Assembly: GCA_033762115.1 (NCBI GenBank)
Contig: JANRLX010000053.1
Location: 1-41,878 of the forward strand
Direction: 5' to 3'
Length of the DNA: 41,878 bases
DNA from: Verrucomicrobiota bacterium
GTDB taxonomy: Bacteria; Verrucomicrobiota; Verrucomicrobiia; Limisphaerales; SXQI01
The notes below the pieces were generated by a model that saw nothing but the letters and a program-made list of their open reading frames with translations, had not been told where the DNA came from and searched no databases. Positions 19,254-30,343 of this stretch are shown here, piece by piece. A program made the translations under genes and the position numbers. Position 1 is the stretch's first letter; each line of letters starts with the position of its first letter.

Positions 19254-19664
19254 TTACTGCCGATGACGTCGTTTAACGTTGAGCTGGGTCAATGAGTGGA
19301 GCAGCGCAGCATTCACGCTGGCCAGCTCTTCATCGCTAAGTTTCTCCTGCAAACGAGCTTCGGCCCGTTTTCGGGCTTCCTCGGCTTTCATTTCATCGAT
19401 ATCGCCGGCTTTAATGGCCATGTCCGTGAGAATTGCCACACGTTCACCGGTGATTTCCACGAAACCTTCCCCGACCGCAAGGAAGAAATCCTGCCCGCCT
19501 TTGCGGACAGTAATTTCGCCAGGAACAATTTGGGTCATCAACGGAACGTGCATTGGGAAAATACCCATTTCCCCCTCGATCCCCGGAAGCGTGACCATCT
19601 CGACATCCTCGGAGTAGGTCTTTGCTTCCGGCGTGACAATTTCAAGTTTGAGCGTGCTCGGCAT
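19254..19664 (-). CDS. atpC: ATP synthase F1 epsilon
   Basis: LEIVTPE, LPGIEGEMGIFPMHVPL and GFVEI; last gene of the operon. Confidence 0.95.
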   Translation of the reverse strand: MPSTLKLEIVTPEAKTYSEDVEMVTLPGIEGEMGIFPMHVPLMTQIVPGEITVRKGGQDFFLAVGEGFVEITGERVAILTDMAIKAGDIDEMKAEEARKRAEARLQEKLSDEELASVNAALLHSLTQLNVKRRHRQ

Positions 19665-19674
19665 ATAACGAGGA

Positions 19675-21968
<2,294 letters not shown>

Positions 21969-21987
21969 ATATCAGTGTCGAGACGAA

Positions 21988-23520
21988 TTAACGATAGCTC
22001 TGCTTGAATTCCGTGATTGCGGTTTTCAACTCGGCAATCAACGGGTCACTCAACGCTTTTTCCCTGGCGATTCGGCCCACGAGGTCAGCTTTGCGATTGT
22101 TCAGGTAGTCAGTCAATTTATTCTGGAAATCCTTGATTTTCTCAACCGCCACATCGTCCATGAAACCGTTTTGAACCGTCCAAAGAATGGCCGACTGGAT
22201 TTCAACAGGAATTGGGTTGTACTGCGGTTGCTTGAAGACTTCCACAATGCGCTTGCCACGTTCCAACTGGGCCTGAGTTTTCGCATCAAGATCAGAACCA
22301 AACTGCGCGAAGGCAGCCAGTTCACGGAATTGAGCGAGATCCAGCTTAATACGCCCGGCAACCTGTTTCATCGCTTTGATCTGCGCGGCAGAACCGACGC
22401 GCGAAACAGAAAGCCCCACTGAAACGGCAGGGCGCATGCCCTGGTAAAACAAATCCGTTTCCAAATAAATTTGCCCATCCGTGATCGAAATAACGTTCGT
22501 CGGAATGTAAGCCGAAACGTCGCCTGCTTGAGTCTCAATGATCGGCAACGCTGTCAGGGAGCCATTCCCATACTTTTCGCTGACACGGGCGGAACGCTCG
22601 AGCAAGCGGCTGTGGAGATAAAAGACATCCCCTGGGTAAGCCTCACGTCCAGAGGGACGTTTGAGCACCAGTGAAACCTGGCGGTAGGCCACCGCATGCT
22701 TGGAAAGATCGTCAAAGATAATCAGGGCATCCATTCCGTTATCCATGAACCATTCACCCATGGCAGCACCGGCAAATGGGGCGAGGTACTGATTCGTTGC
22801 TGAATCGGATGCAGTTGCCGTGATCACGATGGTGTAGGGGAGGGCGCCTGATTCCTCCAAAACACTGATGACCCGAGCCACATTTGATTGCTTCTGGCCG
22901 ATTGCAACGTAGATCGAATAAACAGGGCGAAACTCCTTGTCACCCGCCGCTTCCGCTGCACGGTTCAAACGAGCGTTCGAAATGATTGTGTCGATCCCGA
23001 TCGTCGTTTTGCCAGTCGAACGATCACCAATGATCAACTCGCGTTGTCCACGGCCAATTGGAATCATCGCGTCGATGGCCATAATACCGGTCTGAAGCGG
23101 CTGGCTGACTGATTTTCGTTTGATAATACCGGGAGCAATTTTTTCCACCGGATAATTTGCGGTGGCATTAATGGGGCCTTTGCCGTCCACCGGCTGCCCC
23201 AGCGCATTAACGATGCGCCCCAGCAGACCTTTACCTACCGGCACCTGGAGCAGGCGTCCGGTGGTCCGCACTTCCTGGCCTTCACGCACGTGGGTGTAGT
23301 CACCGAGAATGATTGCGCCTACTTCGTTCTCTTCGAGGTTCAACGCGAGGCCGACAACGCCGTTCCCGAAATCAAGCATCTCGTTCAGCATGGCGTCGGT
23401 CAAACCTTCGATCTTGGCCACACCGTCACCGATTTCACGAACGGTGCCGACATTCTGGCGGGCGACGGAGGTTTTGACGCCGCTGATCTTCGATTCAATA
23501 TCTTGTAATAACGTGCTCAT
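21988..23520 (-). CDS. atpA: ATP synthase F1 alpha
   Basis: [35 protein letters not shown] and [10 protein letters not shown]. Confidence 0.98.
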   Translation of the reverse strand: MSTLLQDIESKISGVKTSVARQNVGTVREIGDGVAKIEGLTDAMLNEMLDFGNGVVGLALNLEENEVGAIILGDYTHVREGQEVRTTGRLLQVPVGKGLLGRIVNALGQPVDGKGPINATANYPVEKIAPGIIKRKSVSQPLQTGIMAIDAMIPIGRGQRELIIGDRSTGKTTIGIDTIISNARLNRAAEAAGDKEFRPVYSIYVAIGQKQSNVARVISVLEESGALPYTIVITATASDSATNQYLAPFAGAAMGEWFMDNGMDALIIFDDLSKHAVAYRQVSLVLKRPSGREAYPGDVFYLHSRLLERSARVSEKYGNGSLTALPIIETQAGDVSAYIPTNVISITDGQIYLETDLFYQGMRPAVSVGLSVSRVGSAAQIKAMKQVAGRIKLDLAQFRELAAFAQFGSDLDAKTQAQLERGKRIVEVFKQPQYNPIPVEIQSAILWTVQNGFMDDVAVEKIKDFQNKLTDYLNNRKADLVGRIAREKALSDPLIAELKTAITEFKQSYR

Positions 23521-23536
23521 TGTCTGTTGAAATTAA

Positions 23537-23935
23537 TTACGCCGAAAAGCTCTCTTCGAGCATTTGGAGACGTGCTTCGATGCTGCCATCATAGACGTCA
23601 CTTCCCACCTGCACACGCAAGCCACCAATCACGGCTGGGTTCTGCGCAAATTCGATGTTCAATCCTGGACCGTACCGCTGAGTCAATTGCTGCCGAATTG
23701 AATTTTGCAATTCGGGAGGAAGCGGAATCGCACTTTCAACCCGCGCACTGCGTCGTGCAATCTCCAATTTAACCAGCCGTTGCAGATGGGTAAGAATCTC
23801 AACATACCCACGCGGCCTTTGGTCCAGGAGGAGTTGTATTGCCTGCCGAACACGAGCTTCATCCATGACGCCATTGACCAGGACACTTCGGAAAAGTTGT
23901 TTGGCGTCGCGCCGGGCTTGTTTGGAGGAGTTCAT
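23537..23935 (-). CDS. atpH: ATP synthase F1 delta (short form)
   Basis: C-terminal delta/OSCP motif VIGGLRVQVGSDVYDGSI; lies between atpF and atpA. Confidence 0.9.
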   Translation of the reverse strand: MNSSKQARRDAKQLFRSVLVNGVMDEARVRQAIQLLLDQRPRGYVEILTHLQRLVKLEIARRSARVESAIPLPPELQNSIRQQLTQRYGPGLNIEFAQNPAVIGGLRVQVGSDVYDGSIEARLQMLEESFSA

Positions 23936-23942
23936 CCTTTTA

Positions 23943-24494
23943 TCAGGCAGCCAATTGGCGGTTGGTTTCCTCTGCCAGCCGCTTCTGATCTTCCATCGTT
24001 AGAATTTTACCGGTGACCTGCGCTGTGGCACGAACCACCAGCTGGCCGATCTCTCTGCGGAGTTCTGCCATCATCCGCGCCCGGTCCAATTCCGTGGCTT
24101 CACGTGCCTTGGCAATAATTTCCTCGGCTTGCTTGATTGCTTTTTGCGATTCTGACTCCTGCACTTTGGCAGCTGCCGCACGGGCCTCCTCGATTAAGCG
24201 ATTTGCCTGAATATTTGCCTGGGTCATGATTTCCTGCCGGGCGGCTTCTGTTTTGGCCAGCTCCTGCTTGATCTTCTCGGCATTGGCCAACCCTTCAGCA
24301 ATTTTTTGCCGACGTTCTTCCAGAACCTTAAGGATTGGCTTGAACGCAAATACCTTCAAAAGGAAGGCAACGACACAGAAACTTATGACCTGGGAACTGA
24401 AAAGCGCGCTGTTGAAACCGAACGTCTCGCCTGTGGAACGGACGACATCTCCCAATCCACCACCAGCAGCCGCAGCAAACATCAAATTATTCAT
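23943..24494 (-). CDS. atpF: ATP synthase Fo subunit b
   Basis: TM segment QVISFCVVAFLLKVFAFKPI, then LEERRQKI and a coiled coil. ATG 24494 is preferred because the 24533 start lies inside a hairpin. Confidence 0.93.
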   Translation of the reverse strand: MNNLMFAAAAGGGLGDVVRSTGETFGFNSALFSSQVISFCVVAFLLKVFAFKPILKVLEERRQKIAEGLANAEKIKQELAKTEAARQEIMTQANIQANRLIEEARAAAAKVQESESQKAIKQAEEIIAKAREATELDRARMMAELRREIGQLVVRATAQVTGKILTMEDQKRLAEETNRQLAA

Positions 24495-24511
24495 AAAGCT
24501 TACGGACAAAC

Positions 24512-24536
24512 TGGGTGCGGGCCAATCCCGCACCCA
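24512..24536 (-). other. Perfect 10-bp stem-loop immediately 3' of atpE (mRNA stabiliser or partial terminator)
   Basis: TGGGTGCGGG-CCAAT-CCCGCACCCA. Confidence 0.7.
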
Positions 24537-24541
24537 TTATA

Positions 24542-24754
24542 TTATTGGCCACGAGCCAGAAAGATAGCGAAGAACACGATACCTTCAGCGAAGGCTGTGC
24601 TCAGGATCGCCTGCACGAGAATTTTCGTGGCAGCGCCGGGATTGCGTCCCACCGCTTCTGAAGCTCTCATCCCGATCATACCCACACCGATTGCAGCAGC
24701 AGCAGCAGCGATATGGATATTGCCGGTCAATTCGGCTAACATAGGGGTTAACAT
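24542..24754 (-). CDS. atpE: ATP synthase Fo subunit c
   Basis: Two hydrophobic helices, loop GRNP and carboxylate in AFAEG. ATG 24754 follows an A-rich leader. Confidence 0.93.
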   Translation of the reverse strand: MLTPMLAELTGNIHIAAAAAAIGVGMIGMRASEAVGRNPGAATKILVQAILSTAFAEGIVFFAIFLARGQ

Positions 24755-24826
24755 AGTTGTTTGTCTTTCTTTTGCATTGATCAACGACCCCCGCAGTCTT
24801 TGCCACGGTCCGGACGTCGAAATTGG

Positions 24827-25822
24827 TTAATGCTTGTGCGCTTCCTCGGTTGCGTGGTGGCCATGTCCTTCATCATGCTCACAAATCAGCAGCGTAAATA
24901 CCGCCGTCAAAAGCATGAATACGAGGGCCTGCACAAGCCCCACCATTAACTCCATAAAATAGAATGGCAACGCGAACAGCCAGCCAAGCCAGGGATGTAT
25001 CATTGCCATGGCTTCGAGCATGTTCTCGCCGGCAAAAATATTTCCAAACAATCGGAAACTCAGGGAAACCGGGCGAAATAAAATCGAAACGACTTCCAAC
25101 ACTCCCACAACCATAAAAACAAAAATCATCAGGATTTTCAACATGCCCACCGTGTCTCCCTTGGGGCCGAATATATGCATGATGAAACCACCGGGACCGT
25201 TTGCCTGCAGAGCCCAACCGATCCAACAGGCAAAGAAAACCATCGCCATGGCCAAAGTCATGTTCAAATCTGCATTGGCCCCGCGGAGGATTGGCCGAGC
25301 AATGTGATGCAGCTCGCCATCAGCTCCTGGTGTGCCCCAACCAACCGAGCCAACCCCGGGAATCAATCCAAACCAGTTTGATGCCACGATCAAAATGAAC
25401 AACGTGGCGAAAAACCAAAAGGTTTTGCGCGCGAGGTGATGCCCCACGATGCCTTCCAAAAACCCAAAAAGGCCTTCCACCAGCCATTCCCAAAAATTTT
25501 GTGCTCCTTGCGGGACGTCGCGTATATTACGGGTGGCGATCTGTGCAAAAAGAATAAGAAGGATCGCCACAACCCAACTCACCAGGATTGAATTCGTCAC
25601 CTGGAACGGTCCAATATTGAATACCGGTGTTGCGTAAAGAGGGAGCCCATGATGCTCGCCATGAGAATCAGCCGCATGTGAGTGGTCCCCCTGGAGATTC
25701 CTGGTTTCCTGAGCTGTGACCGGCTCATTCGATGGCCTTTGCGCCGCATCCGCCGCCAAACCGCTCGCAGGCATGAACGCCACGAACAACGCGAACAAAA
25801 TCAACGAAAGAAAGTGTCTCAT
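24827..25822 (-). CDS. atpB: ATP synthase Fo subunit a
   Basis: QNFWEWLVE, NWFGLIPG, RPVSLSFRLFGNIFAGE (essential Arg) and LVQALVFMLL. Confidence 0.95.
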   Translation of the reverse strand: MRHFLSLILFALFVAFMPASGLAADAAQRPSNEPVTAQETRNLQGDHSHAADSHGEHHGLPLYATPVFNIGPFQVTNSILVSWVVAILLILFAQIATRNIRDVPQGAQNFWEWLVEGLFGFLEGIVGHHLARKTFWFFATLFILIVASNWFGLIPGVGSVGWGTPGADGELHHIARPILRGANADLNMTLAMAMVFFACWIGWALQANGPGGFIMHIFGPKGDTVGMLKILMIFVFMVVGVLEVVSILFRPVSLSFRLFGNIFAGENMLEAMAMIHPWLGWLFALPFYFMELMVGLVQALVFMLLTAVFTLLICEHDEGHGHHATEEAHKH

Positions 25823-25899
25823 GTAATAAAAGAGCCTTCATGGGAAAAAGCTTTCCCAGGAAAACTCACGCTTCCGAAATCAGAACCGACGATGAGGGA

Positions 25900-25917
25900 T
25901 AGTGAAAAATTTCACAA
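25900..25917. promoter_or_regulatory. Rex-type operator overlapping the putative atp promoter -35
   Basis: TAGTGAA-AAAT-TTCACAA, one mismatch from TTGTGAA-N4-TTCACAA. On the minus strand it reads TTGTGA-17 nt-CATCGT. Confidence 0.6.
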
Positions 25918-25948
25918 GCGAATTTTCTGAAATTTTTTTTGAAGCCTA

Positions 25949-26797
25949 TTAAAGCCTGGCATTGTCAATAAGCCGGGTCTTTCCCAGACGGACAGCGATT
26001 GCCATTTGTGTTCCGCGAGCGACTTTCTGGACCACTCGCAACGTCTCAGGATTAAAAAATTCCACATAATCCAGTTGGGCGGCAGGGCGGAGCGCGATCA
26101 ATTGCTTAATCTTTTCAAGTAACTCAGCGCGCTTAACCGGGCCATCTTTAACCATTTTGCTCGCATACTGAAGAGCTTCATGGAGAACGGTTGCCTGAAT
26201 GCGTTCGTCAGGGCTTAGGTATTTGTTCCTTGAACTCATGGCCAATCCGTCAGGTTCGCGAACAGTATCCGAAACAATAATTTGCACTGGAAAACTCAAG
26301 TCTTTCACCATCTTTTCGATAATGGCAGCCTGCTGGAAATCCTTGGCGCCAAAGACAGCCAGGTGAGGTTGCACAATGTTAAAGAGTTTACCGACAATTG
26401 TGGTCACCCCTCGAAAATGAGTTGGACGTGACCCGCCCTCCATGCCGCAGGAAAATGAGTTCTCTTCAATGAACGTGCTGTAGTTGGGAGGGTAAATTTC
26501 TTCAGGCTCGGGCGCAAAAATGAGATCCACGCCAGCTGCCCGACAAAGTTTGCGGTCCCTGTCGAAATCTTTCGGATAACTGGAAAGATCCTCGTGCGGA
26601 GCAAATTGAGTCGGATTAACAAAGATACTAACGACCAGCAACCCCTTGGGCCCAATTTTTCGCCGAGCCACGTGCATCAGGCTGACATGACCTTCATGTA
26701 GAAAACCCATCGTAGGGACAAAACCGATCAGCCTTTTTGATTCCCGAGCTGACAAGGCTAATCGTTGCATCGGTTTGACCGAGCGAATCACACGCAT
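25949..26797 (-). CDS. panC: Pantoate--beta-alanine ligase
   Basis: FVPTMGFLHEGH, SIFVNPTQF, SRPTHFRGV, FGAKDFQQ, DGLAMSSRN and RLIDN. Confidence 0.96.
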   Translation of the reverse strand: MRVIRSVKPMQRLALSARESKRLIGFVPTMGFLHEGHVSLMHVARRKIGPKGLLVVSIFVNPTQFAPHEDLSSYPKDFDRDRKLCRAAGVDLIFAPEPEEIYPPNYSTFIEENSFSCGMEGGSRPTHFRGVTTIVGKLFNIVQPHLAVFGAKDFQQAAIIEKMVKDLSFPVQIIVSDTVREPDGLAMSSRNKYLSPDERIQATVLHEALQYASKMVKDGPVKRAELLEKIKQLIALRPAAQLDYVEFFNPETLRVVQKVARGTQMAIAVRLGKTRLIDNARL

Positions 26798-26923
26798 GAA
26801 TTCTTATGACTGGAATGAACGGATGCGGCAAGTGCCAGTTTTTAATGTCGTGATTGAATCAAAGGGGAGAGATCAGTATTAGATATAACATATATTGTGC
26901 GCATTTTAAGTGTGCCTTAAACA

Positions 26924-26952
26924 TTGCCTTGAAGCTCCATTTAGCGTATCTT
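26924..26952 (+). promoter_or_regulatory. Putative sigma70 promoter for the small ORF at 27003
   Basis: TTGCCT-17 nt-TATCTT, preceded by AT-rich DNA. Confidence 0.45.
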
Positions 26953-27002
26953 TCCCGAGCGTCAGAATTGGTTTACTGGAGTAAACTCTTCACAGTTGCT
27001 GC

Positions 27003-27164
27003 ATGGCAAAACCGGAAGATATTCAATCTGCCCAGGAAGACTTAAAACATCTTGCCAAAAAAGTCCGCAAATCCAAAGCGGACCAGCAGAAAACTGTCGA
27101 GCGCGCCCGTAAAGCCATAAGCGACACAGATCACCTCACAAAAGCAAGTCTCAGGAAATCCTAG
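27003..27164 (+). CDS. Small basic helical hypothetical protein (53 aa)
   Basis: Hand translation gives MAKPEDIQSAQEDLKHLAKKVRKSKADQQKTVERARKAISDTDHLTKASLRKS*. It fills the panC-lepB gap and ends 1 nt from the lepB stop. Confidence 0.6.
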   Translation: MAKPEDIQSAQEDLKHLAKKVRKSKADQQKTVERARKAISDTDHLTKASLRKS

Positions 27165-27165
27165 G

Positions 27166-28341
27166 CTACCGATAGCCCCAGCCAAATCGCTCGGTAATTG
27201 GCCAATAAACAAACCAGCAGCGTCCAATCACATTTTTTTGCGAAAAATCTCCCCATGATCGTGAGTCCAGGCTGTTCAAAGTATTGTCTCCCATGGCAAG
27301 ATAATGATCATCTCTCACCTTGAACTCACTGTTTTCATCAGCGAAAATTGGCGCATGCCCCAATCTGCCCGAATATTTGAGCCCGACCAGGTTATTGGCA
27401 TGCCCAAGATAAGGAAACCGTGTTCCGGGCGGGCTGTAGGTGTAGAGTGATTCAAATCGGCGGGTTGAAGCGGTTAATTCAGTTCCGTTGATCATTAAAT
27501 GTCCATTATCAAGGATCCGAACAGTTTCGTTTGGCAAGCCAACCAGCCGTTTAATGTAGAGCACATCCTGCTGAAGATTTTCAATGCCCTTGGTCTTGAA
27601 CACGATGATCTCGCCACGTTCGGGCCGTTTGAAGTTATAGGAAAATCGATCCACCAAAAGATGATCTCCGGCGACTACGCGAAGTTTGAGAATGTCTTCA
27701 CCTTTTTTGAATCGTTGACCGGTCCCAACGCCTGCCCGGGCAAACATTTGATCAGCGGGAAACCAGACGGTAATCCATTGCCCGGCGAAGAGGAAGCGCT
27801 GCTTTTTGACAAAAGGGACCACGAGTTTGGCATCCTCGATCCGTTCGATCATGCCATCAGTCGGGGCAACCAGATGCTTGTAGGAAACGCCATGCACCCA
27901 ATAATCCGCCATTTGGCCTAAAAATCCTGGAATTTTAACGTCCGGACGATTTCGAATATCTTCCTCCGTAATCCCGAACAATGTTGGCTGCATTGAGCCT
28001 GTGGGAATTTTCGTGAGCTGAAGAAAAAATGTGGTAAAGGCGAGAATGGTGGTGATGGCTACTTGGATTTCCTTGATATTCTCCCGGGCCACTCCAAAAG
28101 GATAAGCGCGAAGGTTTGCCCTCCCAACAGTTTCCAGTGCGGCGGTTTGCTCCTTGACTGCTGATTTTCCAGGTGAACTTCTGAGCAATAATCGTATTTC
28201 TGCGAGAGCTTTCTCGATATTGTCAATGGCTTGGGCCGAGAGCAGATCACGTTGTTCATGGAGCAACCTTTGAACATGCCGCGTCATGTCTGCCGCCTGA
28301 CGCACCTCCTTGGACAAAAGCCATGATAGAAAGTAAGGCAT
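27166..28341 (-). CDS. lepB: Signal peptidase I (long form)
   Basis: IPTGSMQPTL (catalytic Ser), GDHLLVDR, YIKRLVGLP (catalytic Lys) and MGDNTLNSLDSRSWG; downstream of lepA. Confidence 0.92.
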   Translation of the reverse strand: MPYFLSWLLSKEVRQAADMTRHVQRLLHEQRDLLSAQAIDNIEKALAEIRLLLRSSPGKSAVKEQTAALETVGRANLRAYPFGVARENIKEIQVAITTILAFTTFFLQLTKIPTGSMQPTLFGITEEDIRNRPDVKIPGFLGQMADYWVHGVSYKHLVAPTDGMIERIEDAKLVVPFVKKQRFLFAGQWITVWFPADQMFARAGVGTGQRFKKGEDILKLRVVAGDHLLVDRFSYNFKRPERGEIIVFKTKGIENLQQDVLYIKRLVGLPNETVRILDNGHLMINGTELTASTRRFESLYTYSPPGTRFPYLGHANNLVGLKYSGRLGHAPIFADENSEFKVRDDHYLAMGDNTLNSLDSRSWGDFSQKNVIGRCWFVYWPITERFGWGYR

Positions 28342-28392
28342 ATCACCCTTTCCTCCCCTGCTCCATTCCCACCCTCTTGTACTGGCTCATGA

Positions 28393-30183
28393 TCACGCTT
28401 TCAGCACTTCAATAAAAGCTTCCTGCGGAATCTGGACGGAGCCGAATGCTTTCATTCGCTTTTTACCTTCCTTCTGTTTCTCCAACAACTTCCGTTTACG
28501 GGAAATATCGCCACCATAGCATTTGGCGGTCACATCTTTTCGCATGGCACTGACAGTTTCTCGTGCGACGATTTTTCCGCCTATGGCCGCCTGAATGGCA
28601 ACAGCGTACTGCTGTTTCGGAATAACTTCCTTGAGCTTGGCAGCCAATGCACGGCCGCGACTCTCTGCCTTTTCCCTGTGAACGATGCAGGAGAATGCGT
28701 CCACCGGTTCAGCATTTACGAGCATGTCCAATTTGACCATGTCCGAGACCGCATAACCGTCATGCTCATAATCCATCGAGCCGTAACCACGGGTCAGGCT
28801 TTTGATGCGGTCATGAAAATCAATGAGTATCTCGTTCAATGGAATCCGACTGGTCAGCATCACCCGGCGTGTATCCAGGGTTTCTGTATGTTCAACAACG
28901 CCACGTTTTTCCGAAATCAGGGCCATCATGTCACCAATGTTTTCGTTGGGACAGAGGACAAAGGCTTTGACCATTGGCTCTTCAATTTTCTCAATGTAAT
29001 TCACCTCAGGCAGAAACGCTGGATTATCAACTTCCTTCATCGTTCCGTCCGTAAGAGTCACTTTGTAAATGACGCTTGGATAGGTGGCGATGATGTCCAT
29101 GTCATACTCCCGGCGCAAACGTTCCTGAACAATTTCAAGGTGCAGCAAGCCCAGGAACCCGCAACGAAAGCCGAAACCAAGCGCGACTGAACTTTCGGAT
29201 TGATAAACAAAAGCGGAATCGTTGAGCTGCAATTTCGCCAGATTTGCCTTCAAATGTTCATAATCAGCGGTGTTGATTGGATAAATACCGCTGTAAACCA
29301 TCGGATGAATTTCTTGAAATCCGGGAAGCGCTGGTGACGGATTACGCGCATCCGTCACTGTGTCCCCCATTTTCACATCCTTTGGCGTTTTGATGTTTGC
29401 GGTGAGGTATCCGGTTTCACCTGTTTCAAGCTTCTCGCGAACGTACGGTTTGGGATTGAAGCTGCCAACCTCCTTGACCTCCACGCTTTTTCCCGAATGA
29501 AGAAGTTTCACCTGCATTCCCGGCTTCAACTCGCCATTGAAAATACGAACATGGGTTACAACCCCTTTGTAGGTATCAAAATAGGAGTCAAAACAAAGCG
29601 CTTGCAATGACTTTTGCCCTGTTGGCCTGGGTGGAGGAACTCGAGCAACAATGGCTTCCAGAATGTCTTCGATCCCGATTCCTTCCTTCGCGCTGGCAGG
29701 AATCGCCTGGTCCGAAGGAATCGCTAAAATTTCTTCCAATTGTGATTTGGTCAGCGGGACGTTTGCATGCGGCAAATCAATTTTATTGATCACCGGAATA
29801 ATCGTCAGATTTTGCTTCATTGCCAGGTGGACGTTCGCAACTGTTTGCGCTTCAACGCCCTGAGCAGCGTCAATGATCAGAATCGCGCCCTCGCATGCAC
29901 TTAAGCTGCGGGAGACTTCGTAAGCAAAATCCACATGGCCTGGAGTATCGATCAGGTTAAGCTCGTAGGTTTCGCCATTTTTGGCTTTGTAAAGCATCGT
30001 GACGGGATGAGCCTTGATCGTGATCCCCCGCTCTTTTTCAAGGTCCATGGAATCAAGCATTTGTTCCTGCATGTCCCGCGTGGCAATGGTCCCGGTACGA
30101 TGCAGCAAACGATCAGAAAGGGTCGTCTTGCCATGATCAATGTGGGCAATGATGCTAAAATTCCGTATATGATCTGCGTCCAT
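28393..30183 (-). CDS. lepA: Elongation factor 4
   Basis: IRNFSIIAHIDHGKTTL, DTPGHVDF, GFRCGFLGLLH and KCYGGDISRKRKLLEKQKEGK. Confidence 0.98.
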   Translation of the reverse strand: MDADHIRNFSIIAHIDHGKTTLSDRLLHRTGTIATRDMQEQMLDSMDLEKERGITIKAHPVTMLYKAKNGETYELNLIDTPGHVDFAYEVSRSLSACEGAILIIDAAQGVEAQTVANVHLAMKQNLTIIPVINKIDLPHANVPLTKSQLEEILAIPSDQAIPASAKEGIGIEDILEAIVARVPPPRPTGQKSLQALCFDSYFDTYKGVVTHVRIFNGELKPGMQVKLLHSGKSVEVKEVGSFNPKPYVREKLETGETGYLTANIKTPKDVKMGDTVTDARNPSPALPGFQEIHPMVYSGIYPINTADYEHLKANLAKLQLNDSAFVYQSESSVALGFGFRCGFLGLLHLEIVQERLRREYDMDIIATYPSVIYKVTLTDGTMKEVDNPAFLPEVNYIEKIEEPMVKAFVLCPNENIGDMMALISEKRGVVEHTETLDTRRVMLTSRIPLNEILIDFHDRIKSLTRGYGSMDYEHDGYAVSDMVKLDMLVNAEPVDAFSCIVHREKAESRGRALAAKLKEVIPKQQYAVAIQAAIGGKIVARETVSAMRKDVTAKCYGGDISRKRKLLEKQKEGKKRMKAFGSVQIPQEAFIEVLKA

Positions 30184-30343
30184 CGAACTGCTTGTTAAAA
30201 CTTATACTACTACAAAAAGCTTAATCTGCATGGCTGGCTTGAGTCATGCAAGGCGACAAGATAGTGGGGTTCCTTGTGAATGGAAGTGGAAAATCAGAAC
30301 CGTTGAGCGGCACCCGCTGAATGGAGCTTCCATTTAAACCAGA

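Noticed and set aside
26885..26900. NrdR-box-like ATAACATATATTGTGC
   Set aside because: Single degenerate copy in AT-rich DNA with no ribonucleotide reductase gene nearby; NrdR boxes are usually tandem.
26854..27227. ORFs 26854..27045 (+) and 27042..27227 (-)
   Set aside because: Non-ATG or overlapping starts and unprotein-like composition; the 27003..27164 ORF explains the region better.
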